From: Eledone cirrhosa
Taxonomy: Eukaryota
Direction of reading: 5' to 3'
DNA length: 64,000 nt
Assembly (NCBI GenBank): GCA_964016885.1
Contig: OZ024759.1
Coordinates: forward strand, 13,330,001 to 13,394,000
Part shown: one piece after another, positions 39,258 to 51,418 of the stretch
Layout: each line of letters starts with the position of its first letter
Numbering within the stretch: position 1 is the first letter of the stretch
Program-made: the position numbers and the translations under genes
The notes under the pieces: model-generated
The model's input: the letters and a program-made list of their open reading frames with translations, nothing else
What the model was told of the DNA's origin: nothing
The model's database searches: none

Positions 39258-39967
39258 CAAACTGTTTGAAACTGTCCCTGTTCTATGATACCAAACTGTT
39301 TGAAACTGTCCCTGTTCTATGATACCAAACTGTTTGAAACTGTCCCTGTTCTATGATACCAAACTGTTTGAAACTGTCCCTGTTCTATGAGACCAAACTG
39401 TTTGAAACTGCCCCTGGTTCTATGATACCAAACTGTTTGAAACTGTCCCTGTTCTATGATACCAAACTGTTTGAAACTGTCCCTGTTCTATGATACCAAA
39501 CTGTTTGAAACTGCCCCTGGTTCTATGATACCAAACTGTTTGAAACTGTCCCTGGTTCTATGATACCAAACTGTTTGAAACTGTCCCTGTTCTATGATAC
39601 CAAACTGTTTGAAACTGTCCCTGGTTCTATGAGACCAAACTGTTTGAAACTGTCCCTGGTTCTATGAGACCAAACTGTTTAAAACTGTCCCTGGTTCTAT
39701 GAGACCAAACTGTTTGAAACTGTCCTTGTTCTATGATACCAAACTGTTTGAAACTGTCCCTGTTCTATGATACCAAACTGTTTGAAACTGTCCCTGTTCT
39801 ATGAGACCAAACTGTTTGAAACTGCCCCTGGTTCTATGATACCAAACTGTTTGAAACTGTCCCTGTTCTATGAGACCAAACTTTTTGAAACTGTCCCTGT
39901 TCTATGAGACCAAACTGTTTGAAACTGTCCTTGTTCTATGATACCAAACTGTTTGAAACTGTCCCTG
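39258..39967. repeat. 34-35 bp minisatellite, about 21 copies
   Basis: Unit CAAACTGTTTGAAACTGTCCCTGTTCTATGATAC. Confidence 0.95.
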
Positions 39968-40365
39968 AAACGATGATGTGGGTTCAATTCCTGGACTGGG
40001 TTTTGTGTTGTACTCTTGAGCAAAACACTTCATTTCATGTTACCCCAGTATGCTCAACTGAAAATGAGTTGCTAGCAATAGCTAGGGTCTAACCCTGAGT
40101 TGGACTGGTGTCCTGTCCAGAGGAAGTCTTGTACTCTCAGTTGTTTAATGCCATAGAAACTGGGATACGCACCAATCTATTTAACCTTTTGGCTTGAGAC
40201 AAACTTTAACCCTGCGATGGACTGGTGTCCTGTCCAGGAGAAGTCTTGTACTTTCAGTCACTTAACACCAGCCTGATGGGTCTCTGGCCTTGAGAAAAGA
40301 GAGAATGTTAGTTAATTCTGTCTTGGAGGAAAAAATAAATAAAATAAAAATAATTAAAAATGAAA

Positions 40366-41545
40366 CCAACAAACACCACCACCACCACCACCAACAACAA
40401 CACCAACAACAACAAACAACAAGCACCACCACCAACACCAACAACAACAACAAACGCCGCCACCACCACCACCAACAACACCATCAACAACAACAACACC
40501 TACAACATCACCACCACCAACACCAACAACATCACCACCACCAACAGCAAAACATCACCACCACCAACAGCAAAACATCACCACCACCAACAGCAAAACA
40601 TCACCACCAACAACACCACCACCACTAACAACAACAAACGCCGCCACCACCACCACCAACACCATCAACAACAACAACACCAACAACATCACCAACACCA
40701 ACAACATCACCACCACCAACACCAACAACATCACCACCACCAACAGCAAAACATCACCACCACCAACAGCAAAACATCACCACCAACAACACCACCACCA
40801 CTAACAACAACAAACGCCGCCACCACCACCACCACCAACAACACCATCAACAACAACAACACCAACAACATCACCACCACCAACACCAACAACATCACCA
40901 CCACCAACACCAACATCACCACCACCACCAACAGCAAAACATCACCACCACCACCACCACCACCACCAACACCATCAACAACAACAACACCAACAACATC
41001 ACCACCACCACCACCAACAGCAAAACATCACCACCACCACCACCACCACCAACACCATCAACAACAACAGCAAAACATCACCACCACCACCACCACCACC
41101 ACCACCAACAGCAAAACATCACCACCACCACCACCACCACCACCACCACCACCAACAGCAAAACATCACCACCACCACCACCACCACCACCAACAGCAAA
41201 ACATCACCACCACCACCACCACCACCACCAACAGCAAAACATCACCACCACCACCACCACCACCACCAACAGCAAAACATCACCACCACCACCAACAACA
41301 CCACCACCAACAGCAAAACATCACCACCACCACCACCACCACCACCACCACCACCAACAGCAAAACATCACCACCACCAACACCAACAACACTACCACCA
41401 CCACCAACAGCAAAACATCACCACCACCACCACCACCACCACCACCAACAACACCATCAACAACAACAACACCAACAACATCATCACCAACAACACCACC
41501 ACCAACACCACCACCACCACCACCAACAACAACATGAACACCATA
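40366..41545. repeat. (CAC/CAA)n cryptic trinucleotide repeat
   Basis: Almost entirely C/A, with recurring CAACAGCAAAACAT submotifs. Confidence 0.93.
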
Positions 41546-41976
41546 AATATTTCTAATGAAGTAATTTATTTTCCTCGTACTTCGTTAGGCTAATGAAAGG
41601 AATTGTTGTTTATTATAAACAGCAAAGGTTGTTGTCTTGTAAAGTGTGTCGTTGTGGGCCATTAAAATATGTCGACCTTCAATGTGACCTTGTGACCCCG
41701 TATGACGTAAAAAGGTCCTTTCATCTTATTGAAGCATTTTTGGGTTAAGAAAAAATAAATAAAACAGTTAAACAAACACAAACAAAACCTGTTTAGTTTC
41801 CATATTTCATCCTCTTTGTCATCATTATCATGCCTGTTGTCACTGACATCATCCTTATATCATCATCATCATCATCATCATCATCATTACTATTGGTATA
41901 TAGTATTAGCAATTGGAAAGACCAATGGAAACATTGTTTCCACGGTCCGATTTGACTGTCTCTCTATATATATATA

Positions 41977-42364
41977 TCACCTTGATCACCTTGACCGACC
42001 AGTCTGTCGGGCGCCATTCAGCACGTGCTGTTTTAGCCATACGATGACGCCATCCCACTGGCTGGGCGGGCAGGCCATAAGTCTAAAGTCTGTCTTAAGC
42101 CAGAAGGATTATTTGGCCGGTGCTTATCCTGGTTTCATGGCGTGAAGTGACTGAGAGTACAAGACTCCCCCCTGGACAGGACACCAGTCCATCGCAGGGT
42201 TAAACTTCCAGCTATTATTGGTACTCATTTTCAGCTGAGTAAACTGGAGCAATGTGAAATAAAGTGTCTTGCTCAAGGAAACAACACATCACCCGGTCCG
42301 AGAATTGAACTCACAACCTTTCGATTGCAAGCCTACTACTCTAATCACTAAGCCATGTGCCTTC
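41977..42364 (-). mobile_element. tRNA/CORE-like SINE with alternative 3' tail (tail C)
   Basis: Reverse-complement head at ~42225-42364 matches family A, but the tail differs. A degenerate + strand relative lies at ~39970-40262. Confidence 0.7.
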
Positions 42365-42427
<63 letters not shown>

Positions 42428-42613
42428 CTCTCTCTCTCTGTCTATATATATATATATATGAGCAGGACAACCAGTCTTGCCTCAAGTGGGAAAACTCCCG
42501 TCCAAACCCATGCAAGCATGGAAGATGGACGTTAAACGATGATGATGATGATGATGATGTGTGTGTATGTATGTATGTATGTATGTATGTATGTATGTAT
42601 ATATATATATCAC

Positions 42614-42924
42614 CATCATCATCATCATCAATTTACATCTGCTTTTCCCTGTTTGCAAGGGTGGGACGGGAACTGATTCTGGCTTGATTTCTACAGCTGG
42701 ATGCCCTTCCTAACACCAACCTCATTTACAGTGAGTGGTGGGTGCTTTTTTGCCGTGGCACCTCCACGACCACTTTGCAGTGGAATGATAGGGACCCCAG
42801 TCCCTATCATCTCATTTCTACAGCTGAGTAAGTTGGAGCAATGTGAAATAAAGTGTCTTGCTCAAGGAAACAACACATCACCCGGTCTGAGACTTGAACT
42901 CTAACCACTAAGCCATGTGCCTCC
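42614..42924 (-). mobile_element. Family A SINE with a deletion in the tRNA head
   Basis: Reverse complement of the 45981 and 51010 copies. Confidence 0.85.
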
Positions 42925-42955
<31 letters not shown>

Positions 42956-43383
42956 CATGTGTGTTTAGCTACTTTTATATTTATTCTTTTTCCTTTCCTT
43001 CTTCCTTTTACAGCCTCACTTTCATATAGATTATATTTTTGTTTTTAAAATCCAATGTCAATAAATACACCAGGATTTTTCATTCTGATGACTGAAAGCA
43101 AATTTTGCTTGCTTTCAAGAAAGCACTGGTAAATGAAATAATTATCTTATGTTTATTACATAACTAATAAGCTCTGTAACCTACATAGAGCACTCTTTTT
43201 GCCTGGACCTTTCCGACGGAATTACTTCATATATAACTATATATATATATGTAGTCAAATTTTCCATCTATCTGAGGGTTCTAAACCCCATTATCAGGCT
43301 AAAATTCCTTTAGTCAAAAATACGGTGAAAGCTATTCTATTTTCTAATTTCAAATCTGCTCACTGTTTCAAAACATACTTACT

Positions 43384-43440
<57 letters not shown>

Positions 43441-43444
<4 letters not shown>

Positions 43445-43943
43445 TTAAAGGTAAAGACACCCTTTGGTCATGAATGTCCATGGGATTTTCACCTAGAAAG
43501 GTCTCCTCCAAAGCGCAATTCCTGGCAAGGTTGATTGTGGAAGACCAGCAGTCACCCATGTATACCAGTCTCTCCTCACCATGCCACCGGTGTTGTCCAA
43601 GAGAAAGGCTAAGGCTGATACAGCTTGGCACCAGTGACATCGCAACACATACACACGCACTATAGACTTACTATATATACACTACATACATTTTATATAC
43701 ACTATATTTAGACTATATAGACACTAAACTACGTCACCGATGTTGTCCAAGGGAAAGAAACGCAATGGGCCGATACAGCTTGGCACCAGTGATGTTGCAA
43801 CTTATTTCTACAACTGAGTAAACTGGAGCAATGTGAAATAAAGTGTCTTGCTCAAGGACACAACACATTACTTGGTCCAGCAATCAAACTCACATCCTCA
43901 TGATTGCAAGCCCAGCGCTGTAACCACAAAGCTATACACCTTC
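43441..43943 (-). mobile_element. tRNA/CORE-like SINE with tail B, internally interrupted and partly duplicated
   Basis: Reverse-complement similarity to 62660-62993. The segment TGTTGTCCAAG...GATACAGCTTGGCACCAGTGA occurs twice (~43590 and ~43740). Confidence 0.7.
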
Positions 43944-44094
43944 ACACACACACATTTAATACTTTTTGCAACTGTCCTGTTTGTTTTGTTCTTGACCTTG
44001 AAATGTCATGATGGACACACAGTCAAATATCTAGAATGACAGCTCACCGACTGACTGCACCAGTTACTCTCTCTCTCTCCTTCTGTTTTGTAGT

Positions 44095-44454
44095 TTAACC
44101 CTTTGACGCATAGAGTTACGCCCCTTTCCATTCTGAGTTCAAATACCGCCGAGGTTAACTTTGCCTTTCATCCTTACGGGGTCGATAAAATAAAGTACCA
44201 GTAATGCACTGGGTAATTGCTGGCCTTTGCCAAAAGTAGAAACAATTACTCTATATTTACTATTGTATTTTTGTGGTAAAGGCTTTATCTTACATAAATA
44301 TCTCACATAATATCGAATCTACGAGATTTTGATGTTATTTATTTTGAGAACAATACCTTAACATCAGTGGGTGTGGCCGGTTATGGCTGGTTTGAACAGA
44401 AAGAGGTGACGTAATTCTGGATAGATATGGCTAATTTAAATGCTAAAGGGTTAA
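44095..44454. mobile_element. TTAA-flanked MITE containing a 5'-truncated second-family SINE
   Basis: Ends TTAACCCTTT and AAAGGGTTAA. SINE body at ~44110-44248. Confidence 0.65.
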
Positions 44455-45392
44455 TGGCTATAAATTAATGTTTTGCCTTTTGTCTCTTCCTCCTTTGGAC
44501 AGCGTTTGCCTTATGTCAGACACTGTGACCCCATTTGGACCAGCAGTACCGTTGGTAGGGGTTGTAATTGCCCAAGTCCATCTCAATGACCGATGACCAT
44601 GGAATTCTGTGTCCTTCGTTTCTATATTTATCTTAAAAAAAATAATTTTTTAAGGTTTCCTCTTAAAATATTGTTATTCATTTTGTTTTGACTGCTAGAT
44701 CCGAAACAGCCAGAGCTCAGCCGTTGGGGTCCTGACTCTTTTCCTATTACCCACTCTACTACTCTAAGTATCGAGTACTCTGGTGTGTTATGGTCCACCT
44801 GGTATCTTACCACACCCTTTATATATATAAGAAAGAGACGATCGACTTTCGTCAAATCGGACTGAGGGAACAATGTTTCCGTTGGTCTTTCCAATTGCTA
44901 ATACTATCTATCGGTCGCAACTCCAGGTAGAAGGAGCAACGTGAAATAAAGTGTCTTGCTCAAGGACATAACGCATCGCCTGGTCCAGGAATCGAACTCA
45001 CAACCTTACGATTGCGAATCCAATTCTCTAACCAGTCAGCCACACGCCTTCACTTTATATATATATATATTTATAAAGTGTATCAAACTAGACAGTTTGT
45101 GCTGGTGTGCCGAAATTTCCCACTCGCTCAATGATATCATGGGACTTGCATTTCCGAAGTGCCTGATTCAGAGCAGACAGTTATTAGTGGTAAGTTCAAA
45201 ACTGTGTGGGTGTTATATGTCAGCCTGGACCAAACGTGAATGGTTGGTTTCTTCTCTGCATCCCGTGCAAGGGGTGCAATCAATGCACCCAGTATCTATA
45301 ATATAATAAAGGGAAGAGTGTGAGACAGTGTCCGTTTTTTTTAAATTTTTTTTTATCCCGTTAGTAAAATAAGTTGGATTACTTTGAATAAA

Positions 45393-45843
45393 TAATTGTT
45401 TCTACTTTAGGCACAAGGCCAGCAATTTACCCTCAGTGTATTACTGGTACTTTATTTTATCGACCCCGTAAGGATGAAAGGCAAAGTTAACCTCGGCGGG
45501 ATTTGAACTCAGAATAGCAAGGGCCAATGAATGAATATTATGTAATTTATCTACTAAATTTCGTAGCTCTTGACTAAACATAAATATTCTTATATATAAA
45601 GTATTGCTTATTTTAAGATTCACTTTAAAATTTTAAAATTTCAACACTTCCGGTTAGCGTCCGGATTGGCGGTAGAGGATTGGATGCCATGCTTAGCAGC
45701 AAAGAGTTACGGCCCTTGCCATTCTGAGTTCAAATCCCGCTGAGGTTAACTTTGCCTTTCATCCTTACAGGGTCGATGATAAAATAAAGTACCAGTAATG
45801 TACTGGGATAATTGCTGGCCTTGTGCCAAAAGTAGAAACAATT
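45393..45843. mobile_element. Two inverted copies of a second tRNA-derived SINE family (Meta-domain-like)
   Basis: Motif GAGTTCAAATCCCGCCGAGGTTAACTTTGCCTTTCATCCTTACGGGGTCGATAAAATAAAGTACCAG on the minus strand at ~45393-45525 and the plus strand at ~45660-45843. Confidence 0.75.
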
Positions 45844-45980
45844 ATATCATAACATGTATCACATCTCTTATATAAGCGTTCATATATTTGCATCGTTATG
45901 TAAGGTTTATATTTCCATCGATAATTTTCTCCTTTTTCATTTTCATAACATTTTAGTTTATTATATATATTGTGGCACAT

Positions 45981-46326
45981 GGAGGCACATGGCTTAGTGG
46001 TTAGAGCATTGGCCTTGCAATTGAAAGGTTGTGAGTTCAATTCTCAGACCGGGTGATGTGTTGTGTCCTTGAGCAAGACACTTTATTTCACATTGCTCCA
46101 GTTTACTCAGCTGTAGAAATGAGATGATATGACTAGGGTCCCTATCATTCCACTGCAAAGTGGTCGTGCAGGTGCCACGGCAAAAAAGCACCCAGCACTC
46201 ACTGTAAATGAGGTTGGTGTTAGGAAGGGCATCCAGCTGTAGAAATCAAGCCAGAATCAGTTCCCGTCCCACCTTTGCAAGCAGGGAAAAGTGGACGTAA
46301 AATGAAGATGATGATGAGATGATGAT
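45981..46326 (+). mobile_element. Family A SINE, full length, one internal unit
   Basis: A/B boxes, CORE-like block, (ATG)n tail. Confidence 0.88.
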
Positions 46327-46602
46327 GTTTATATATAGTATCGTCTTTTTTAATGTATCATGGATTACTTTACTGACTACAGAAGAGAGTGTAACACAGA
46401 CTTCGTTTAATTTCTGTGCATATTGTCAATTATGATTTCATTTGATGTATCATATCTACATGCATATATATTTGTTTATAATATCAATATACACACTACA
46501 TATGCTAGCAGAAAACTACCCGAAGGGTGGTTTTTCTGCTTGTATATATTAAACACTTTGTCACATTGTGTTTGTTAAACTTTGGTAAATTTTTACTTTC
46601 AG

Positions 46603-46667
46603 AGAAAATCCAGAAAGAATTTTTGAACTGTTTGTAGAAATTGGTAAACCCTCAAGTGATAAAGAAG
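46603..46667 (+). CDS. DENND1: DENND1-like coding exon (equivalent to exon 2; uDENN N-terminus)
   Basis: tttactttcag|A GAA AAT CCA...GAA G|gtgaga, 65 nt, encoding ENPERIFELFVEIGKPSSDKE. Resembles recalled DENND1A QNPETTFEVYVEV and DENND1B ANPDRTFDLVLKV. Phases join the next exon. Confidence 0.85.
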
Positions 46668-46729
46668 GTGAGATAATTATTGTTTAATATTCTCTAAAGT
46701 TTGACTACGATATAAAAAAACAAAATTAC

Positions 46730-47480
46730 TGCTGGCACCTATGTAGGTTTAGCTGGCATCTTATGAGGTTTCTCAGGTGTTTTAATGATAGGGACCCCAG
46801 TCCTATCATGTTGTTACAGCTCACACCTATGTAGGTTTAGCTGGTCTCCTACAAGGTTGTATCTCATAGGAGGTTTCTTGGGTGTTTTAATGATAGGGAC
46901 ACCAGTTCTATGATGTTGTTACAGCTCACACCTATGTAGGTTTAGCTGGTCTCCTACAAGGTTGTATCTCATAGAAGTTTTGTTGTTTCAATGATAGGGA
47001 CCTCAGTCCTAACATGTAGTTGTTACAGCTCTCACCTACAAGGTTGTATTTCATAGGAGTTTTGTTGTTTTAATGAAAGGGACCTCAGTCCTAACATGTA
47101 GTTGTTACAGCTCTCACCTACAAGTTTGTATCTCATAGGAGGTTTCTTGTGTGTTTTAATGATAGAGGCTCCAGTCCTATCATGTTGTTACAGCTCACAC
47201 CAATGTAGGTTTGGCTGACCTCCTATGAGGTTGTATCCCATAGGTTTCTCTGGGTGTTTTAATGATAGGGGCTTCAGTCTTATGTTGTCATTACATCTCA
47301 CACCTATGTAGGTTTAGCTGACCTCCTACAAGGTTGTATCTCATTGGAGGTTTCTTGTGTGTTTTAATGATAGGGGCTCCAGTCCTATCATGTTGTTACA
47401 GCTCACACCTATGTAGGTTTAGCTGGCCTTCAGTGAGGTTTCTTGTGTGTTTTAATGAGAGGGGCTCCAGTCTTATCATG
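46730..47480. repeat. Imperfect ~80-105 bp tandem repeat, about 8 units
   Basis: Recurring TTTTAATGATAGGG...CAGTCCTATCATGTTGTTACAGCTCACACCTA at ~46785, 46890, 46991, 47073, 47159, 47262, 47367 and 47455. Confidence 0.9.
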
Positions 47481-47797
47481 AAATGTGTCTAGCTCAAGAA
47501 GGGGTGGTGGTGGTGGTAGTAAGCATTTTTAATAGGTGTGGTAACAATTATTTAAAGATGAGTAACGCAGTTGAGGAGTTGTCTGAACATAATTTTGGGT
47601 GGAAATATTATTTTATTACCAACACACGTGTGTGTGTGTCTTTCTCAAGATGTGTGCGTGTCTCAGTCTGAATATACACACATATATATATATGTTTGTG
47701 TGTGTGTCTCAGTCTGTATATACATATATATATATATATATATATGTTTGTGTGTGTGTCTCAGTCTGTATATATATATATATAAATATATATATGT

Positions 47798-49016
47798 GGA
47801 GGCACATGGCTTAGTGGTTAGAGCATTGGCCTTGCAATCGAAAGGTTGTGAGTTCAATTCTCAGACCGGGTGATGTGTTGTTTCCTTGAGCAAGACACTT
47901 TATTTCCCATTGCTCCAGTTTACTCAGCTGTAGAAATGAGATGATAGGGACTGGGATCTCTATCATTCCACTGTAAAGTGGTCGTAGAGGTGCCATGGAA
48001 AAAAAAGCACCCAGCACTCACTGTAAAGTGGTCGTAGAGGTGCCATGGAAAAAAAAGCACCCAGCACTCACTGTAAAGTGGTCGTCGAGGTGCCATGGAA
48101 AAAAAAGCACCCAGCACTCACTGTAAAGTGGTTGTGGAGGTGCCATGGAAAAAAAGCACCCAGCATTCACTGTAAAGTGGTCGTGGAGGTGCCATGGAAA
48201 AAAAGCACCCAGCACTCACTGTAAAGTGGTCGTGGAGGTGCCACGGCAAAAAAGCACCCAGCACTCACTGTAAAGTGGTCGTGGAGGTGCCATGGAAAAA
48301 AAGCACCCAGCACTCACTGTAAAGTGGTCGTGGAGGTGCCACGGCAAAAAAGCACCCAGCACTCACTGTATAGTGGTCGTGGAGGTGTCACGGCAAAAAA
48401 GCACCCAGCACTCACTGTAAAGTGGTCGTGGAGGTGCCATGGAAAAAAAGCACCCAGCACTCACTGTAAAGTGGTCGTGGAGGTGCCATGGAAAAAAAGC
48501 ACCCAGCACTCACTGTAAAGTGGTCGTGGAGGTGCCATGGAAAAAAAGCACCCAGCACTCACTGTAAAGTGGTCGTGGAGGTGCCATGGAAAAAAAGCAC
48601 CCAGCACTCACTGTAAAGTGGTCGTGGAGGTGCCACGGAAAAAAAGCACCCAGCACTCTCTGTAAAGTGGTCGTGGAGGTGCCACGGCAAAAAAGCACCC
48701 AGCACTCACTGTAAAGTGGTCGTGGAGGTGCCACGGCAAAAAAGCACCCAGCACTCACTGTAAAGTGGTCGTGGAGGTGCCACGGCAAAAAAGCACCCAG
48801 CACTTACTGTAAAGTGGTCGTGGAGGTGCCACGGCAAAAAAGCATCCAGCACTCACTGTAAAGTGGTCGTGGAGGTGCCACGGCAAAAAAGCACCCAGCA
48901 CTCACTGTAAATGAGGTTGGTAGGAAGGGCATCCAGCTGTAGAAATCAAGCCAGAATCAGTTCCCGTCCCACCCTTGCAAGCAGGGAAAAGCGGACGTAA
49001 AATGAAATGATGATGA
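47798..49016 (+). mobile_element. Family A SINE with internal 49-50 bp unit expanded to 19 copies (47969-48902)
   Basis: Normal head and tail flank tandem CACTGTAAAGTGGTCGTGGAGGTGCCA(C/T)GG(C/A)AAAAAAGCACCCAGCACT. Confidence 0.92.
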
Positions 49017-49029
49017 TATATATATATAA

Positions 49030-49457
49030 TGTGTGTGTGTGTGTGTCTTAAAAATGGGTCTGTATATACACTTATATATGTGTGTGTGTCTTAAGATATG
49101 TGTCTCGGTCTGTATATACACATATATATATATGTGTGTGTGTGTGTGTCTTAAGATATGTGTCTGGGTCTGTATATACACATATATATATGTGTGTGTG
49201 TGTCTTAAGATATGTGTCTGGGTCTGTATATACACATATATATATATGTGTATGTGTGTGTGTCTTAAGATATGTCTGGGTCTGTATATACACATATATA
49301 TATGTGTGTGTGTGTGTGTCTTAAGATATGTGTCTCTGTCTGTATATACACATATATATATATGTGTGTGTGTGTGTCTTAAGATATGTGTCTCTGTCTG
49401 TATATACATACATATATATATGTGTGTGTGTCTTAAGATATGTGTCTGTGTCTACAC

Positions 49458-49489
<32 letters not shown>

Positions 49490-49500
49490 CTTTTTCAAGA
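49030..49500. repeat. ~55-60 bp microsatellite-derived tandem repeat
   Basis: Recurring GTCTTAAGATATGTGTCT...GTCTGTATATACAC(AT)n(GT)n. Related units occur at ~47635-47775. Confidence 0.85.
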
Positions 49501-49633
49501 TATATATACAGGATGTCCCCCAAAAATGTATACGCACTTTAATGACTTGTACAGGCAATATTCATTAGAATATTGTTGAAGTGTGTATACATTTTTCGGG
49601 GACACCCTATGTGTGTGCACACACACACACACG

Positions 49634-49701
<68 letters not shown>

Positions 49702-49711
49702 AAACGGTGAT

Positions 49712-50553
49712 AATTGTTTCTACTTTTGGCACAAGGCCAGCAATTACCCCAACGCATTACTGGTACTTTATTTTAACGACCCCGTAAGGATGAAAGGCAA
49801 AGTTAACCTCGGCGGGATTTGAATTCCGATCATAAAGGGGAGTAACTCTGTGCTGCAAAGCATTGTGTCTGACCCTCTGCCGATACTGCCAAGGTGATGA
49901 TAATGAAGCAAAGAAATGTTGGGTAACCAATTAATTTACTGATTTACTGACTGTAGTGTAAACAGTTGTAAATCACTCCATGACTTGTCTTTCTCAAAGT
50001 ATTATCAATAAGGAATCAGACGGAGTATCAATATTATAAAGAAGGGCGGAGGATTGGCAGTATCGGTAGAGGGTCGGACGCCATGCTTTCCAGCATAGTT
50101 ACGTCCCTTTATGATCTGAGTTCAAATCCCGCCGAGGTTGACTTTGCCTTTCATCCTTACGGGGTCGATAAAATAAAGTACCAGTAATGCACTGGGTAAT
50201 TGCTGGCCTTGTGCCTAAAGTAGAAACAAATATTATAAAGACATGCTTTCTAGCATAGTTACGTCTCTTTACTGTCTGAGTTCAAATCCCGCCGAGGTTG
50301 ACTTTGCCTTTCATCCTTACGGTGTCGATAAAATAAAGTACCAGTAATGCACTGGGTAATTGCTGGCCTTGTGCCTAAAGTAGAAACAAATATTATAAAG
50401 AAGACATGCTTTCTAGCATAGTTACGTCTCTTTACTGTCTGAGTTCAAATCCCGCCGAGGTTGACTTTGCCTTTCATCCTTACGGGGTCGATAAAATAAA
50501 GTACCAGTAATGCACTGGGTAATTGCTGGCCTTGTGCCTAAAGTAGAAACAAA
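49712..50553. mobile_element. Second-family SINEs: one minus copy (~49712-49890) and a + strand copy triplicated in tandem (~50042-50553)
   Basis: Same diagnostic motif as 45393-45843. Units of ~162 bp restart at CATGCTTTC near 50082, 50243 and 50406. Confidence 0.8.
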
Positions 50554-50621
50554 TATTATAAAGAAGACATGATTTTAAGTATACATCCGGCGGTGGATTG
50601 GCAGTATCAGTAGAGGGTCAG

Positions 50622-51352
50622 TTTACTGAGCTGTAGAAATGAGATGGTAAGGACTGGGGTCCCTATCATTCCCCTGCAAAGCGGTCGTGGAGGTGCCACG
50701 GCAAAAAAGCACCCGGCACTCACTGTAAATGAGGTTGGTGTTAGGAAGGGCATCCAGCTGTAGAAATGAAGCCAGAATCAGTTCCCATCCCACCCTTGCA
50801 AGCAGGGAAAAGCGGACGTAAAATGGTGATGATGATGATATATATATTTTCAGAGATTTACCGCATATACCACTGTGGTGTATATATATATATGTGTGTA
50901 TATATATATATGTGTGTATATATATATGTATATGTGTGTATGTATATATGTGTATGTATGTATGTATGTATGTATGTGTATGTATATATATATGTATATA
51001 TATATATATGGAGGCACATGGCTTAGTGGTTAGAGCATTGGCCTTGCAATCGAAAGGTTGTGAGTTCAATTCTCAGACCGGGTGATGTGTTGTTTCCTTG
51101 AGCAAGACACTTTATTTCACATTGCTCCAGTTTACTCAGCTGTAGAAATGAGATGATAGGGACCCCAGTCCCTATCATTCCACTGCAAAGTGGTCGTGGA
51201 GGTGCCACGGCAAAAAAGCACCCAGCACTCACTGTAAATGAGGTTGGTGTTAGGAAGGGCATCCAGCTGTAGAAATCAAGCCAGAATCAGTTCCCGTCCC
51301 ACCCTTGCAAGCAGGGAAAAGCGGACGTAAAATGAAATGATGATGATGATGA
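50622..51352 (+). mobile_element. Two family A SINEs (5'-truncated 50622-50838; full length 51010-51352)
   Basis: Sequence match to the other family A copies. Confidence 0.85.
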
Positions 51353-51418
51353 TGTATATATATGTGTATGTATGTATGTATATGTATATATATATGTGTA
51401 TATATATATGTATGTATG

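Noticed and set aside
40290-41556. PolyQ/H/T/P protein ORFs
   Set aside because: A C/A-only trinucleotide repeat lacks stops in any frame. There is no domain or splice support.
45139-45195. Possible DENND1 first exon (ATG...GTG|GTAAGT)
   Set aside because: The peptide MGLAFPKCLIQSRQLLV is unlike the DENND1 N-terminus and ends in phase 0, while the next exon needs phase 2.
45981-46055. tRNA genes at SINE heads
   Set aside because: A and B boxes are present, but there is no proper acceptor stem and each runs into a SINE body and tail.
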